Both the position numbers and the translations under genes were made by a program. Source: Felis catus (taxonomy: Eukaryota). From it: a stretch of 64,000 bases of DNA. Below are positions 11,432 through 25,203 of the stretch, one piece after another; within the stretch, counting starts at the first letter, position 1; each line of letters starts with the position of its first letter. The notes beneath the pieces were generated by a model. That model ran no database searches, was not told where the DNA came from, and saw nothing but the letters and a program-made list of their open reading frames with translations. The stretch covers positions 53,880,001-53,944,000 of the forward strand of contig NC_058368.1 of NCBI RefSeq assembly GCF_018350175.1, given 5' to 3'.

Positions 11432-12953
11432 GCCTTCTGTCCTGTACGTATTTTTTCCACACCAAGTTTTAGCTACAAGTTTTCTATAGAGCAAACTTCA
11501 AGCTATTCTTTGTAGAGTATCTTCTATGCATTACAGAATATTGCTATTTGAAGAAATATTTCTAGTAATTGTGATTATATTCAAGCCGTTAGCTTGTAGG
11601 AACTTGGGAGCAAAAACAAAAAAAAACCCTTGATTGTATTAGCATTATGCCTTTGAAATAATATCTTTTAAAAATAATACTGATCAGTGCTGCCGCACAG
11701 GCATGGATCATGGATTGAGGTATGGTTTTAAGTGTAATAAAATGAATTTTGCACATAGCAACATCAAACTGTGAAGCTACACTCCAAATCTTAGTTACCT
11801 TATACACGAAAACTTACGCTGAATGGCCTGAAATAAGGTCATTATACCCTGACGCTTTCACAACCTTCTCCTTTTCTTTATAACAAGTGCTCACTATTAT
11901 GGGAAGAATGCCTGCCTTTTCTTTGCAGCTTTGCAGAGCTTTAAGGAAGCAGGGTTTTTAATCACACTCTTCTTTTCTTGCTTGCACTTCTGACTTCTCT
12001 AAGTTGGCAACAGAATTTTAAGTTCATCTCTGAGATAGCATCACTCTTTAACCTCGGACAGTTTAAAAGTCTCTACCAGGGCATTTCTAGACATTTTATT
12101 GCTTCATTCCTTTATTCTCATGTCAAGGATAAGTGGATTTGAGCCAACAAACAAAATTAGCGCAGAGCCCTTACTCTATTTCCAGATCAGCTAAACCAAT
12201 TAATACAATTTAATTAAAACTTATTTTTTTTCCCCCCTTTCTGCAGAAGGGGCTCTGAGCACAGCTGTTGCAAGAGGGTTTTTAGTGTGTGGCTCCAGCT
12301 TCATTTAACTCTTGCAGGGACATTTGCAGAGTGAGATGCTACAGAAATGTGACACTGCTAATTGACCTCGCTTTAAATTTCTCAGGTAGCACCATGGCAC
12401 ATTTCCTCTTTAAATTGCACATTTTCTTAATCCGAAGAAAAGAAAGTTGATTCCATTCTTACTCTTTTTCCTGGGATTTAGTACTTCAGGAATAACTGTG
12501 CCCTACAATAAACTGTTCATATTTGTCGGGTCTCAACCAGTTCATCTGAATAAACGTAAAGTACACCTGCTACCTGAAGAAGTGTCCCCTGATGGTACAC
12601 CTTGAATGGGAGTAAACATTTCATAACAATGGTAAACCCGCTTTCTCCTCTGCTGTGTTTACCTTGAGCATTACTGTAAATCATACATACATACATGGGC
12701 AAAATAATCTCAGATTCATTGGGGTACAAGACAAATCCAGCAAGTTTCCCTCTTCACTTGAACCCACCACATTTTTCTTGGGTTTTTAGGACTCCCTCCT
12801 GGGATTCACCCTGTTGTGGGCAAAGTTCAAATTCCTTTCTCAAAAGTACACAGTTGTAACTTACTTTACTGTGCTTCTCTACCACTCCTCTCTTCCCTTC
12901 CCTCAGCCATGGAATCTTCAGTGAGAGGAGGGCACAAACACTTGTTCTTGCCT

Positions 12954-13449
12954 TGTATCCAATCAGGACAGAGTTTGACTGCAAGTAACAGAATCCCCAA
13001 CAGAGGCTTAAATAATTAAGTGGCTTTGCTCACATAGAAGTCTGGAGAGAAGTAGACTAGGTTGAGATAGCAGCCAAGCACACCATATAGGACCCAGGTT
13101 TTCCTTTTGTCTTTTCTGCTAAACTTAATGAATGGCCTTCAACCTCATGGATACAGGACAGTCCCAGAAACCCCACACACCCCATCTATGTTACCCAAGC
13201 AGGATAAAGGAAGAGGAAGAGGACAAAAAGCCTTCTGCCAGCAGAGTCTGGCTTACTTTTAAATATTTTCCTAGAAGCCCCATCTAGTGATTTCTATATA
13301 CCTGTTTTGGGCTTCAGTTAAGTACAGGAGAATCTGGGAGGGTGAATATTTTATCTTGACACAATGATTCACCCAAAGAAAAGTGGGGTTCTTATAGTAC
13401 AAAGAAGATAAGAATATACATTTGGTGGACAACTAGTTACATCTGCCAA
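12954..13449 (-). mobile_element. MaLR solo LTR (MLT1J/K-like)
   Basis: tttgactgcaagtaacagaa...ggcttaaa...ggacaactag...tctgcca. Confidence 0.7.
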
Positions 13450-13810
13450 AGTGTATAGCATTGGCTACCCAACATCCATATACACGATATTATAAAATGT
13501 GTGGAGATATTTTTATCTGTCAAGATGACTGGGGAAGGGTGTGTGTTAGTAGCATTTGGAGTTAGTGATGTTAATGTTGGCTCCCATTCAAACATAGGAA
13601 TACCACTCTCCTGGAAGGAGATTATATTCTAAATTCATAGCTGTTTCTCTTCCAGGTAAAATAATTTCTGGGACTGTGTAATTTTTTTTTTTTTTTTTTT
13701 TTACCACATGTAATGTCTTAGTAACCAGTAATCTAGTTATCTACCTGCAGAATATCCAATAAACAGTGGTGGAGCAGGAACAGCATTAGCTACAATTAAA
13801 ATCCACATTT

Positions 13811-14041
13811 GGGGAATTCCTGGGTGGCTCAGTCAGTTAAGCATCCAACTCTTGATTTCGGCTCAGGTCATGACCTTGTGGTTTGTGAGTTCAAGCCCCT
13901 CATCGGGATCTGTGCTGACAGAGTGGAGCCTGCTTGGGATTCTGTCTCCCTCTCTCTCTGTCCCTCCCCTGCTTACTCTCTGTCTCTCTCTCAATCCCTG
14001 TCTCTCTCAAAATAAAAAAAAAATAATAAGCTTAAAAAAAT
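13811..14041 (+). mobile_element. Can-SINE (SINEC_Fc2-like)
   Basis: SINE head, CT tract and A tail. TSD aaaatccacattt/aaaattcacattt. Confidence 0.94.
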
Positions 14042-15320
14042 AAAATTCACATTTGAAAAAAGTGAAGTCAATGGTTCATGGCATATATATCAAGTCCTCT
14101 TCATAAGAAAGCTACAACTTTTCATTGACTAAGCTTGTAGTCTCAGTTTGGGTACCTTGGAAGATCTCATTGGTCTTTTATCCTTCACTGCCACCTTTGA
14201 GCACCTTTGACTATTGAACATTGGGGTAATAGCACACTACGAGGGTTGCATTTGTTCTTAGTCCAAGAACAGCTCAGAGTCCAAGAATTGCTTTTGGGGT
14301 CGAATAACTATAGGTGGATGTTGTCCTGTCCTGGGATATTTGTTTGCTTTTTTGTTTAGACACTATAGGTTTCGTAAAACTTAGTAGGTTTCATTCTATT
14401 TGCTTCAGCCAATTCGCTGAGTAACTACAGCCAAGGATCCTGTGTGCATATAGTTTTAGACATTAAAGTCTTTTATCTTCTGGCTTCTGTGAACTGACCA
14501 TTTTCCTAAATTCCTACTGGTCAGTGCCTTAAGGTAATAAGAAACAACCTTGGATGGGGTTACAGACATTTAGAGTAGTATTTTTTCCAATGATCACTGC
14601 CTGTATTTGGCAGAGAACTTTTGTAGAAAGGATATGATAAGGGCCCAATGTATAAATCTAAATATGCTTCTTCTAAGCTTTCTGTTTCAGACAGAGAAGA
14701 ACTTAGCTTGTTCAACCATCTGAGGCCCAAACCACAAGAGTTTCACTCAACTTGGTCTCTTGGCCAAGTTACTTTGCTAACCCATCTCTGCTTGCAGATT
14801 GTCTAATTATAGTCTGAGCTCATTTTATCCCTTGTAGAACATGGCTTAAAGAGGAAAGGAGAAAGAGTAGGTTCTACCATTTGAGTAGTTCCTGCCATTT
14901 TCCCTTGGTTTGCTTCTGGTCAATACCTGATATGGTTACAGTTGAACCAGATGTTTTGTTACTGAACATGTGTGTCTCCCCCAGTGATCTTCCTGACAAA
15001 TATTTACTCTTCTTTCTAGGCTGAGGTAAAAGTTTCCTTTTTTTCTTTTATTAAGTCTTCTCTGAACTACCTTTAGGCAAAGGTAGAAGTTTATCCTTCT
15101 GCTCCCTCATAATTCTCAGCATGTACCTCCATTAAAGGACATGTTTCAAGGGGAGAAGCCCTGTTCTCTTAAACATCTGTCACCAGTTCATAGACCAGTG
15201 ACTATTACATAGCAGATTTTCAATAAATATTTATTGAATGAATTTATACATGAATACATATGTGAATGATTAAAAATTGAAATGCTTCAGCTATTTGATT
15301 CCAATTTAAATATGTGTGGT

Positions 15321-15350
15321 ACACACACACCCACACACACATACACACAT
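15321..15350. repeat. Imperfect (CA)n microsatellite
   Basis: acacacacacccacacacacatacacacat. Confidence 0.85.
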
Positions 15351-15892
15351 CCAGTAAATATTGCTCTTTTCATAAATGTAATATGATCGAAGGGGGTTGG
15401 GTGGATGAAGAATCCGTTCCTTCGTGGCTCAAATTGTTTAGTTTCTGACTAAATTTTTTTCTTTACATAATATTCTCAAATTTGTGGGGTTAATGTGACT
15501 TCTAAAGATTTCATCAGATTGTCTGATGGCAGTTTAGACAGAGAGAGATTCCGGCAACATGCAACAAACATTGAATGAGCATTGGGGTTCAGCATAGAAG
15601 GAATTGGAAAAATGTATTCCTAGGATATATGTATTTCTCATCGTAGGTATTCAGCAATACACAATACACAAAGTACTATCACATCATTTGTAAAGTGAAA
15701 TTCTTTAGATCAACTCATATATCTCTATTGCATTTTTTTCATATGTCCTAATTATTTATTTGAGTGTTCAAATAAAACATCCTCATTTTACAAAATTCAA
15801 TCTATTCTTATAATGTTGTAATTATGAAATATTACAGAAATAGATGCTACAAAAAATTTCCCTATACACTACTCCCTAAAGACAAATTAGTG

Positions 15893-16859
15893 ATCTGATA
15901 GACATTTTTCCAAAGCGGATATGGATAGCTAGTCGGTATGTGAAAAGATGCTAAACATTGCTAGTCATTAGGGAAAAGCAAACTAAAACTATAATATCAC
16001 CTCATACCTGTTAGACTGGCCTTCATCAAAAAGAAAAGAAGTAAATGCTGGCAAGGATGTGAGGAGAAGGAAACCCTTATGTGCTATTGGTGGGATTGTA
16101 AATTGGTATTGCCACTGTGGAAAATAGTATGGAAGATCCGCAAAAAAATAAAAATAGAACTACCATACGATCTGGCAATTTCACTTCTGGGAATATATCC
16201 AAAGGATGAAAACACTAACTCAAAAAGCTATCTGCACCCCCATGTTCATGGAAGCATTATTTACAATAACCAATACATGGAAATGACCTATGTGGCCATC
16301 AGTGGATGAATGGATAAACAAGTGGTGGTATTTGTACAATGGAATATTATTTAGCCACAAAAGCCACAAATCCTACCATTTGTAACAACATGGATGGATC
16401 TTGAAGGCATTATGCTAAGTGAAGTAAATCAGACAAAGACAAATGCCATATGATCTCACTAATATATGAAATCTAATAAAAAAACAAAAACAAACCCCCA
16501 AATTCATAGGAAAAGAGATCAGATTCGTGGTTACCACAGGTGGGGGATGAGGAAAGAAGGAATAAAAGGAAGGTGTCAAAAGGTACAAACTTCTCATTAT
16601 AAATAAGTGCTAGGAATGTACAAAATGATGACTACAGTTAACACTGCCATATGATATATAGGTTTTTAAGAGATTAGATCCTAAGCATGCTCATCATAAG
16701 AATTGTTTTTTTAGTTGTATCTAGATGAGATGATGGATGTAAACTAAGCCTATTGAGGTAATAATTTCACAATATATATAAATCAAGCCATCATGCTGTA
16801 TACCTTAAATTTGTACGGTAACATACGCCAATTATTTCTCAATAAAGCTTGGAAAAAAT
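15893..16859 (+). mobile_element. 5'-truncated L1 (L1MA8/9- or L1_Carn-like): ORF2 C-terminus plus 3' UTR
   Basis: The ORF at 16079 gives degenerate ORF2-like text (WDCKLVLPLWKIVW...IELPYDLAISLLGIYPK). Ends ctcaataaagcttggaaaaaa. Confidence 0.92.
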
Positions 16860-17300
16860 AAGTTAATTACCTCCCCCTGTTCCCCCCAAAAAAGAATATA
16901 GCATGCTAGCTTGATGTCTGAAGGCTGGCAAAGTGAGCTGCCTGAATGACAATTCTAGTCAGAATTTTGGCTAAAAAGGAAGAAGAAATATGATGTGATA
17001 CTAGGAGGAAGAAAATAGTTGAGTGAAAGCTAAAGCTTTTGGAAATGTATTATTTGCTTAGTCATCCCCCCCCCCACCCCTGCCCTTAAGATGACCAATA
17101 TTTGAACATCTTTGCAGACTGAGAAGAAAATCCAGTACAAATAAATGATTTGGGGGAATGGAGATTGATGGGTTTATGTCTTTAATAGATGGAATGCAAT
17201 GCAATTTATCACATTTTTAGCTTACATAAAATTTAATTCCTAGAATATCAGATCCAGAAGAGATTTGGGATTTCACATCTCCCCTCATTGGACAGAGTAC

Positions 17301-17515
17301 TTTTTTTTTTTTCAACGTTTATTTATTTTGGGGACAGAGAGAGACAGAGCATGAACGGGGGAGGGGCAGAGAGAGAGGGAGACACAGAATCGGAAACAGG
17401 CTCCAGGCTCCGAGCCATCAGCCCAGAGCCCGACGCGGGGCTCGAACTCCCGGACCGCGAGATCGTGACCTGGCTGAAGTCGGACGCTTAACCGACTGCG
17501 CCACCCAGGCGCCCC
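17301..17515 (-). mobile_element. Young CpG-rich SINEC_Fc
   Basis: Near-identical to 2194-2426. TSD agagtacttttt/agagtatttttt. Confidence 0.97.
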
Positions 17516-17684
17516 AGAGTATTTTTTTTAAGTACAGACTATTCAGGTTAAATAACTTGTTCTCATTCATTCTTCTAACTCCAGTTTGAATTGTTAATCT
17601 CAAATGTGGAAGTTGTGAGATTTATGGGGCCATCTCTTTCTTAATATTCTTAGCTCAGTGCCCACAGGTGCATAAGAAACAATG

Positions 17685-17762
17685 AGAGGAAAGGAAGGAA
17701 AGAAAGGGAGAAAAGAAAGGAAAGAAAGAGTAGAGGAGGGGAAAAGAAAAGGGAAAGAAGGG
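17685..17762. repeat. GA-rich low-complexity purine tract
   Basis: gaggaaaggaaggaaagaaagggagaaaag... almost purely purine. Confidence 0.8.
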
Positions 17763-18151
17763 CCTTTACTTCTTGTTCCTCTTTTTCAATTTCTTCTTAT
17801 CCAGTTTTCTCAACGCTTCCTCATACTGGCCACATTGGTGATGGATAAAGAATGAATAAATATTATATGCTTTTGAAATATAATTTCATTCAATTTTCAA
17901 AGCAGTTCTAATGTGTTTCTGCACTGCAGATAGATACAGAGCTAAGATTCAAAGAAGACACTATGTTTTCTAAGGTCACATAGAGTTGAGAGTCAAGATT
18001 TGGAACCAAGTTTTGAGCTCCAAGTACAGATTTCCTTCCCTTAGCCTCAATATTTTAATATAAGTGTTAACTTATCCTTAACATGTAAGGAAAATATGTA
18101 ATATTGAAAGTAGTTTATTTGTCTTTACATTTTAAAAATCTGTACTTTTCT

Positions 18152-18356
18152 GGGGCACCTCAGTGGCTCAGTCGGTTAAGCGTCTGACTTCAGCTGAGGT
18201 CATGATCTCGTGGTTCATGAGTTCGAGCCCCGTGTCGGGCACTGTGCTGACAGCTCAGAGCCTGGAGCCTGCTCCAGAATCTGCCTCTCCTTCTCTCTCT
18301 GCCCCTCCCCTGCTCCTCACTCGCTCTCTCTCAAAAATAAATAAACATGAAAAGAA
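18152..18356 (+). mobile_element. Can-SINE (SINEC_Fc)
   Basis: Head ggggcacctcagtggctcagtcgg. TSD-like ttttaaaaatctgta/ttttaaaaatatgta. Confidence 0.95.
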
Positions 18357-19053
18357 TTTTAAAAATATGTAAAAAATCTCAATGTTTCCAAACACCAAAC
18401 AATCAATAAATTTATTAACTACTCAAATAAGATACAGCCAGCATTGTGCTAGATGCTAGCAGCTAGAGACTGAAGAGAATCCAGTGAAAACTTAAGACGT
18501 AGTCTCTGTCCTCGAGAAATTTATTGCTTAATCTTAAAAAAATATTCATCTTTAAGGAATAGCAACAAAAGATATGCAGTCTTCTGTAAAATACCATTGA
18601 ACAAACCCTCTACTGGTTCAAAGATGGGAGACACCTCTACATGCTAGATGAGTCATGGAGAGTTCATCGAAGATGGGTCTTGAAAGATGAGTAGGATTGG
18701 GAAGGAGAGATAGAGAACAATGGTATGAAAAGTATAATCTTCAAGGATGGAAAACCATTTTAGGGAGAGTCTAAGTAGCATGTCTGGGCAGAACAGTAGG
18801 AAGAGACTAGTTTTACCACATTGGTTGTGCATGTGCTAGAGAGTGGTGGGATGTAGGATTGGATGACACCTGGCCACAGAGAGCTTTGAGACTAAAGAGA
18901 TGTCAAGTTTTTATTTCCAAATTCTGCAGTCTTTGCACTCTTGACCAGACTGCCTTAAGGAACCTGTTCTGTATGGGTAATTATTGTGAAATGCTGATTG
19001 CCCATGTTATGATCTTTGGCCAAGATACTTCTTTCAAGTATCTCTTGACATCT

Positions 19054-20148
19054 CATGGCAGATCCAGTGTTTATGGGACCTGAAGTGTATACAATCTGGG
19101 GAATCCTTTTAAGGAAAAATGATATAAAACTATAAAATCAAAATCAATTATAAAACTAGGTGTTTATTTAGAATGAGAAAAGAATACATCAATCACACAT
19201 TTTTAAAACCTGACATCAATTATCACAAAATTCAGAACAGCAACATGGTATCTTTATTAATTAACTGCCTGACCCACTTCTGTAATGTATTCTGTCTTAT
19301 ACTCTTGGGCTACATGCTCTTTAATTGCCTTGTCATAATAATTTTATAATATTTTCTATAGAAACATTGGTAAAATAATTCAGTCTTCTTTCCTGCAGGG
19401 TTGATTAAAAATTTTTTTTCATCATTTAGTGTAGAAACGATGATTTCAGTTGTACAATCTGGTATTGGTAATATCATTTAAACGTTTGAATTTGGGTCAG
19501 TTTCCAAAACTATTAAATTCTTGTTATCCATGAACTATAGGATTGGAGGGCATCTCGAGTTTTCCTGTGTAGTGACTCATTGAATTAGGGACACTTAGTA
19601 AATGATAGGCTATGGATATGGTCACATTATTACTTTAGGTGAACTGGCACAGCATCAGTAGGGGTGTTCCTATACCAGGACAGCTAGCAATGACTTAAAC
19701 TGTACACAGAAGTGACTGCAAACCATAATACTATATTTCCAACTTGTTCAACCCCCAAAATGCCATTGCCACTTGGGTAGGAATGGTAGGTGCTGTGAGC
19801 TTGACAGGGGATATTAGATGAAAATATGCAACCGGTTGGGATTGAAATGGCTTACTTTTGCAAGTCTTAGAAACTTTACAGATACAGTGTCTCAGTTTTC
19901 CATCACTTCCATGTATAGTGCAGTTATGGCTGGCTGTCCTGGTACAGGAACATTCCTACTGCCTAGTTTACCAGTTCGCCTAGAGCACTAACATCTTGAC
20001 ATTCATGGTGTATCACTTAAATGTCCCAAGTTAAATGAGACACTACACAAGAAAACTTAAAATGCCCTCTGATGCCTTGCTAAGACCTCACAGAATTATG
20101 TAAGGCCTGAACTTAAGCTCCATTAGTGGTGTAGGAAATCCTTCTCTG
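19054..20148 (+). mobile_element. MER53-related hAT DNA transposon relic (~1.1 kb)
   Basis: Left end catggcagatccagtgtttatgggacctgaagtgtatacaat and right end cctgaacttaagctccattag...aaatccttctctg resemble the recalled MER53 termini. Confidence 0.65.
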
Positions 20149-21764
20149 GTAAACTGTTACCAGAGTAGAGTCTACAAATTACTAAGCAATTACTAAGTAA
20201 AACCAATCAGAAAGTCATACCTCTTGATGGCTCTACAATCACTCTCCTTGTGATAGCCTAAAAAAAAGGAGGGTGAATGACTTGCACTTGTCTGTCTCTT
20301 ATAAAATAGATATTAACCAACAGTGGAGATTTTGTTATTTTTTTAATTTATAAATTTGCTACTCCAGCTGAAGTAAAAGTTTGATTTTAATTTTTTTTTT
20401 AATTTTTCTTTACGTGGATGCAAGGAAGAACAAAGAGTAAAAACCATGTCACAGTAATACAGGGGGGTAATCAGGAAAATGCAAAGCATAACTAATTGAA
20501 CCTTAGCCTAGAGAAAGCTCGGTTACACCCAGCGAAGCTAAGCTTTGGTGGAAGTTAATACTTCTTCAACAGTTGTACTAAGAACATTAAAAATACTTTT
20601 GCCAAGGAAGGATATCAACATTTTAATCTACCTTACACTGATAAAAAGAAAAACACACAGCAGGGAGGAGGCAAGGGCAGGTTTTCATGGAGCCACAGAC
20701 GGTAGAAACAAAATGTCCTTTGTTTGGAGAATATTGCACCTGCATTAAATTTACTGCTGACATCTCTTCGTAGAAATTTGATTTTTCTCTCATTCCCCCA
20801 CCTTTGATTGTTTTCAACATTGAGGAATGTGAGGCATGCCAGTTGTCCTCCTTGTCCTTGCGACATTTCTGTCTTCAGCTGTGAAAGAGAACAGAGCTTC
20901 CTCACCCCCTGGCCATCAGCACGTCATCTCAGAAATGCACCTGCACCCGTAACATGACACTCTACCGTGCAGAGCTTCATACTTCTGTGACAGACGCAGG
21001 AGATCAATTTCCTGCTGATTGGGCCTCAGTCTGGGCACTGTTCTGACAAGGGAAGGCTCTTTCAAATAATCCTAACTACTAAGGGCAGTTCAAATACAGA
21101 TGTAGAACCTTTCGAGGTGCTGTGATATCAGTATCATAAAGAAAGGAACCGTGGCCATAGGCACAGTGATCGTGGGGTTTTGGGGAGGGGAGAGGTGGGT
21201 TGTCCATATAGTGAGTTGACTTTGGCATTTTATGTATTGTCTGAGTATTCCACATAACCAAAGAAGAGCATGTGAGTGTGATGGATAATATATCAAATTT
21301 TGTTCAGAAATTGTTTTTACCTGTGAAATCACATATTATGGATCAACTGAGCTTTGTTACTTATTTATATTTAGGCCCTTGTAGCTTCCTCTGAGCCATT
21401 GCAAAGGTAGAGTTCATCCCATCTCTGTACCTTGTGCACCTCTATGATTGCACCTACAGTTCTGCAGAGCAGTTATTCATCTAGCTACCCTCTGTCCTGT
21501 CCTGTCCATGAGTTTCCTAAGACAGAGCTGTGCTGTATCCCCTGGTTCCCAGTGCCTAAGCCTGTGTCCCCATCTTGGCAAATCCCTACTAAATGTTTGG
21601 TTTTTAGTGAATTAATGGATTGTTGATTAGATTAGTCACCTCCTAGGGGATCCTGGAGGTACAAGAACACTTTTCACTGAAACGATGTCAGTTTGGCTTT
21701 GACTTAGAGCTCAGAAATTTCTCTTGAATCGGGAAAGCAGAGAAGAAAGAGAAGAGGAAAGTTC

Positions 21765-21960
21765 TTATGGTCAGAGGATGTGGCTTCTAATCACGGCTAT
21801 AACACAAGTTGTGAAACTTTGAGAACTGATATAATTTCTAAGCATCACTCTCCTTTTGATAAAATGGGGATAGTAATAGAACCTAGAAGATTAAATGAGA
21901 AATGAGTGTAAAATGCTTAGAAGTGCTTGCTCTAGAGAAAGAATTCAATAAAAATTAGCC
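21765..21960 (-). mobile_element. MIR remnant
   Basis: taaaatggggatagtaatagaacct...gattaaatgaga...tgtaaaatgcttag MIR core. Confidence 0.75.
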
Positions 21961-22571
21961 ATAGTACTAGAAGAATAAGAAAAACAAAACAAAACAAAAC
22001 GAAAACCTTTGGCTTCAGTTTATGGAAGATTTTATCTGTGTAAGATAAATAAGATGAAAAAAAAAAGTGAATTAGAAGAAAGTTCCAAAGAGGCAGAGGC
22101 ACATTTAGGAAGCCTTAAATTAGCAGTGTGCCTTAGGCCACCTTCTCTTTCTGTCCACTCAGAAATCACCAGATAGGGCCCAGCTTGTATATTACTATTT
22201 GTTGTATGAATACCTACAAACCTGTCTCTGTAAAATACAAATGTGCCAATAATTGGTTTATTTTTTGGCAAAAGGGCAGAATTAAAATGAAAGTCTTTTA
22301 GATGTCCTTTCTCACATTGAGACTACATTGCTCATTTTTTATTTTACCATTTAACCTTTAACATGAAGAGTGCTCTAATTCTAAGCATCATCCATGTACT
22401 TGTCTATAATCTTCCAGTCTACAGTGACCTGGGAAGATCGTATCTCTCTCCACATTCTATGACCATTTCCAAGTTGCACCTGATCTATGATATGCAAAAT
22501 CAATGTTAACTCATAAAATGAGCCACTTCATTGTCAATATTTCAAGTCTTCTCCCTGTTTCTCCAAGATTA

Positions 22572-22740
22572 TTATTTTTTTAAGTTTATTTATTTACTTT
22601 GGTGGGGAAGGAGCAGAGAGAGAGAGGTAGAGAGAGAATCCCAAGCAGGCTCCATTCTGTCAGACCAGAGCAGGCTCGATCTGAGATCATGACCAGAGCT
22701 GAAGTCATGAGTCAGATATTGAAATGACTGAGCCCCCTCC
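22572..22740 (-). mobile_element. Can-SINE (SINEC_Fc2-like, internally deleted)
   Basis: tttatttattt...gagagaatcccaagcaggctcc...gagatcatgaccagagctgaag. Confidence 0.88.
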
Positions 22741-24809
22741 CAGATTCTCTTACTTATTAGGAAGTCAGGAAAAACAGACTAATATTTAGCTCTAAAAATA
22801 TATGTAACTTTAATCCTATAAATGTTTCCTAAGTATGCCCCATTTTATTAGTCTATGAGGTCACTCTTTAATGTTCATGTCACAGTGGTTGAGCCTGATC
22901 ACACAAAAGTCTGGAAAGTTCTGTCTTTCACCAGGTTTCCTCTTCCCTGACTCCCAAGTGTTTCTGGCTTGGGAAGGCCTGCAAGTTCCCCATAGCTGCC
23001 CTGATTGTTAATCACCCCTCAGTCAGCTGTCTTTTCTACTGTAGGTTCAGGACTTTCCTACCACCATCTTGAACATGGCTTCCCTCAGTCTGCTGCTGCC
23101 TTCCCCTATACCAGCTCTTCCTGATTTGGTGCATAGATCTTTTGCTCAATTCCTCTGAATGGTACCTGAGACCTGACCATCACTTACTAAAGTGTTAAGG
23201 ATGACAAAAGAGTTCTTCAAATGGTCATCAGATATTGCTTTTCTCAGAGTCTACAGGCCATGTCTGTCCATTAGAGCCCCTTTCTGGACCCTTCTGACTA
23301 GATGTGGTCCTGCCACCATGTTGTGGGGATTGGTTTATCCCCACCACTTCTGTCAGTAATAGAGATCTCAAACATATATTCCTTACTCCATTCCTCTGCT
23401 GGGGAATATTTTTCAAATATTCTATTTCTCAAAACTGTAGGAAGAAAGGGGCATTTCTGCCTTTTACCTGTCCAGAGTATGTGTTTCAAGTCACCATATT
23501 CTCAGGCTAGATATCTTCCTGAATGTTTTACAGTGAAGCTATCCAATCCTTTCAAGAAAAAGGCATCAATAGGGGTATCATCTTACCTTTGAACTGCTTA
23601 CAAAACAATTGTCTGTCACGTGTACATTTTGAACATATTGTGTGTTATTCAACTTCAGCAGTTCAATTGAGTGTAGCTTCCCACCCCCACTAGTATGTGG
23701 GGGAAGGTCATGTCTCTGTGTCATTCTGCAGTTGCCCGAGACTGCTCTCGCCAGTCTAATCATCCTCTCTACTCTGGGACTTAGACAAGAACAAAGACTC
23801 AGAACTCTCAAGAATAAGTAATACATTCTGGAGTCAGTGCATTGTAAATCCAATATTCAGAAAAGTTACATTTTCCTAAAATAAGCTATTTCCCAAGAGT
23901 AAGCTTTGTCTACCTGGAAAATGGCTTTTTATATGAAGTAGCATTATTTGGCTTTTGGAAACACATTGTCATAAGTCTCTTCATTCCAGAATAAAGCGGT
24001 GTGTTATATTTACATAACCAAAGGCCCATGCAAATATTTTTTTCTAAAAGAGCAATTTACTTCCAGAAGTTAATGTAAGAATCCACCTCAATAGAAGAAG
24101 AAGAGAAACACTGTGTTACCTTTAAAATTAGTTTTTCTCGCTTCTAGATACATGCATATTTTCCAATATTGGGGGGGGGGTCTAGTCTCAGTCAAAATAC
24201 TTGCACAACTACGTAAAAAGATATTGTGTCAAAATCATATTTTGAGCTATTCATTGGGGGGTTTTGTCCATATTCCCCAAGGTAGCAAGGCTGTTTGCAT
24301 TCTTTGCCTCTGGGGTACTTGCAGAGTAGAAGCTAGAAACTTTGGTCAAAATCCAACCTCCCCAACTATTTCAGGTGTCTGAGAGAGAGACAGACATATA
24401 CCTTTGCTGGGGAAAAATATAAAGGAGGGACTTCTCCCTACACATTTTGGTGGGTCCCCAGAGCATTGGAAATCCTCATGTCACATTTACACAAGGCCCA
24501 GGAATACTAATGCCCTCAGAGTGAATAACTTCTCCCAAGTATAAGAGCTCCTGCCTCACCAGAAATGCCCAAGACTGAAGTAAAACCTAATGCAGCAGGG
24601 CCACTAAAACTGAAGGGAACCCTTGAGCTGGGAGAGCATGTAATCCCGAGGTAACCAATGTGGACAAATTACCAAAGTGGCTGTTGTATTGTTTGGGGTC
24701 TCTGTGGCACCCTGGTACCATTGGATATCTAGGTGTATTTAAAAGGAAATTGGGATTTTTTTTTCTACGTCTCAAATTGTGAACTAGGATTCACACTTTC
24801 CTCATGAGA

Positions 24810-24960
24810 AGGGTATTGGTAGAGTCCCCATTTCACAGTCAAAGATGCTGAGACCCAGAATGAGATTCAGTAACCTGTATTCTAATATCTCGCAAACTGA
24901 AGGTGACAGAGCTGGGATTTGCATCTAGATCTGCTTAACCTTAGATGTGTGCCTTTTCAA
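24810..24960 (+). mobile_element. MIR remnant
   Basis: ccccatttcacag...gacagagctgggatttgcatctagatctg. Confidence 0.65.
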
Positions 24961-25203
24961 AATTTCATCTTATTTGAATTCCAGTAAGGTTAACGTAAAG
25001 TGTTATATTGGTTTCAGGTACACAAACATGTGCTCTTTAAATCAAAATTGCGTAACTTTCAGGTTGATCAAAAATTGGGGAAGACAGTAACCATCTAGTG
25101 GAGGCACCTGGAAGAGACCAACTTTGCCAGATGATCAAATTGACACCACAGTGTATTAGCATGATGAACCCCTTGACATGATGCACTAAGAATGATGCAG
25201 CAT

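Noticed and set aside
11818..11827. Minus-strand 10-nt cag|GCCATTCAGC|gtaagt microexon-like unit
   Set aside because: Weak pyrimidine tract and a frame-shifting length, consistent with chance.
13640..13661. Plus-strand AG|GT motif ctgtttctcttccag|gtaaaa (similar ones at 32841 and 41461)
   Set aside because: Either the donor or the acceptor half is weak.
16079..16309. L1 ORF2-like peptides (also at 31071 and 59811)
   Set aside because: Frameshifted, 5'-truncated relics and not functional CDS.
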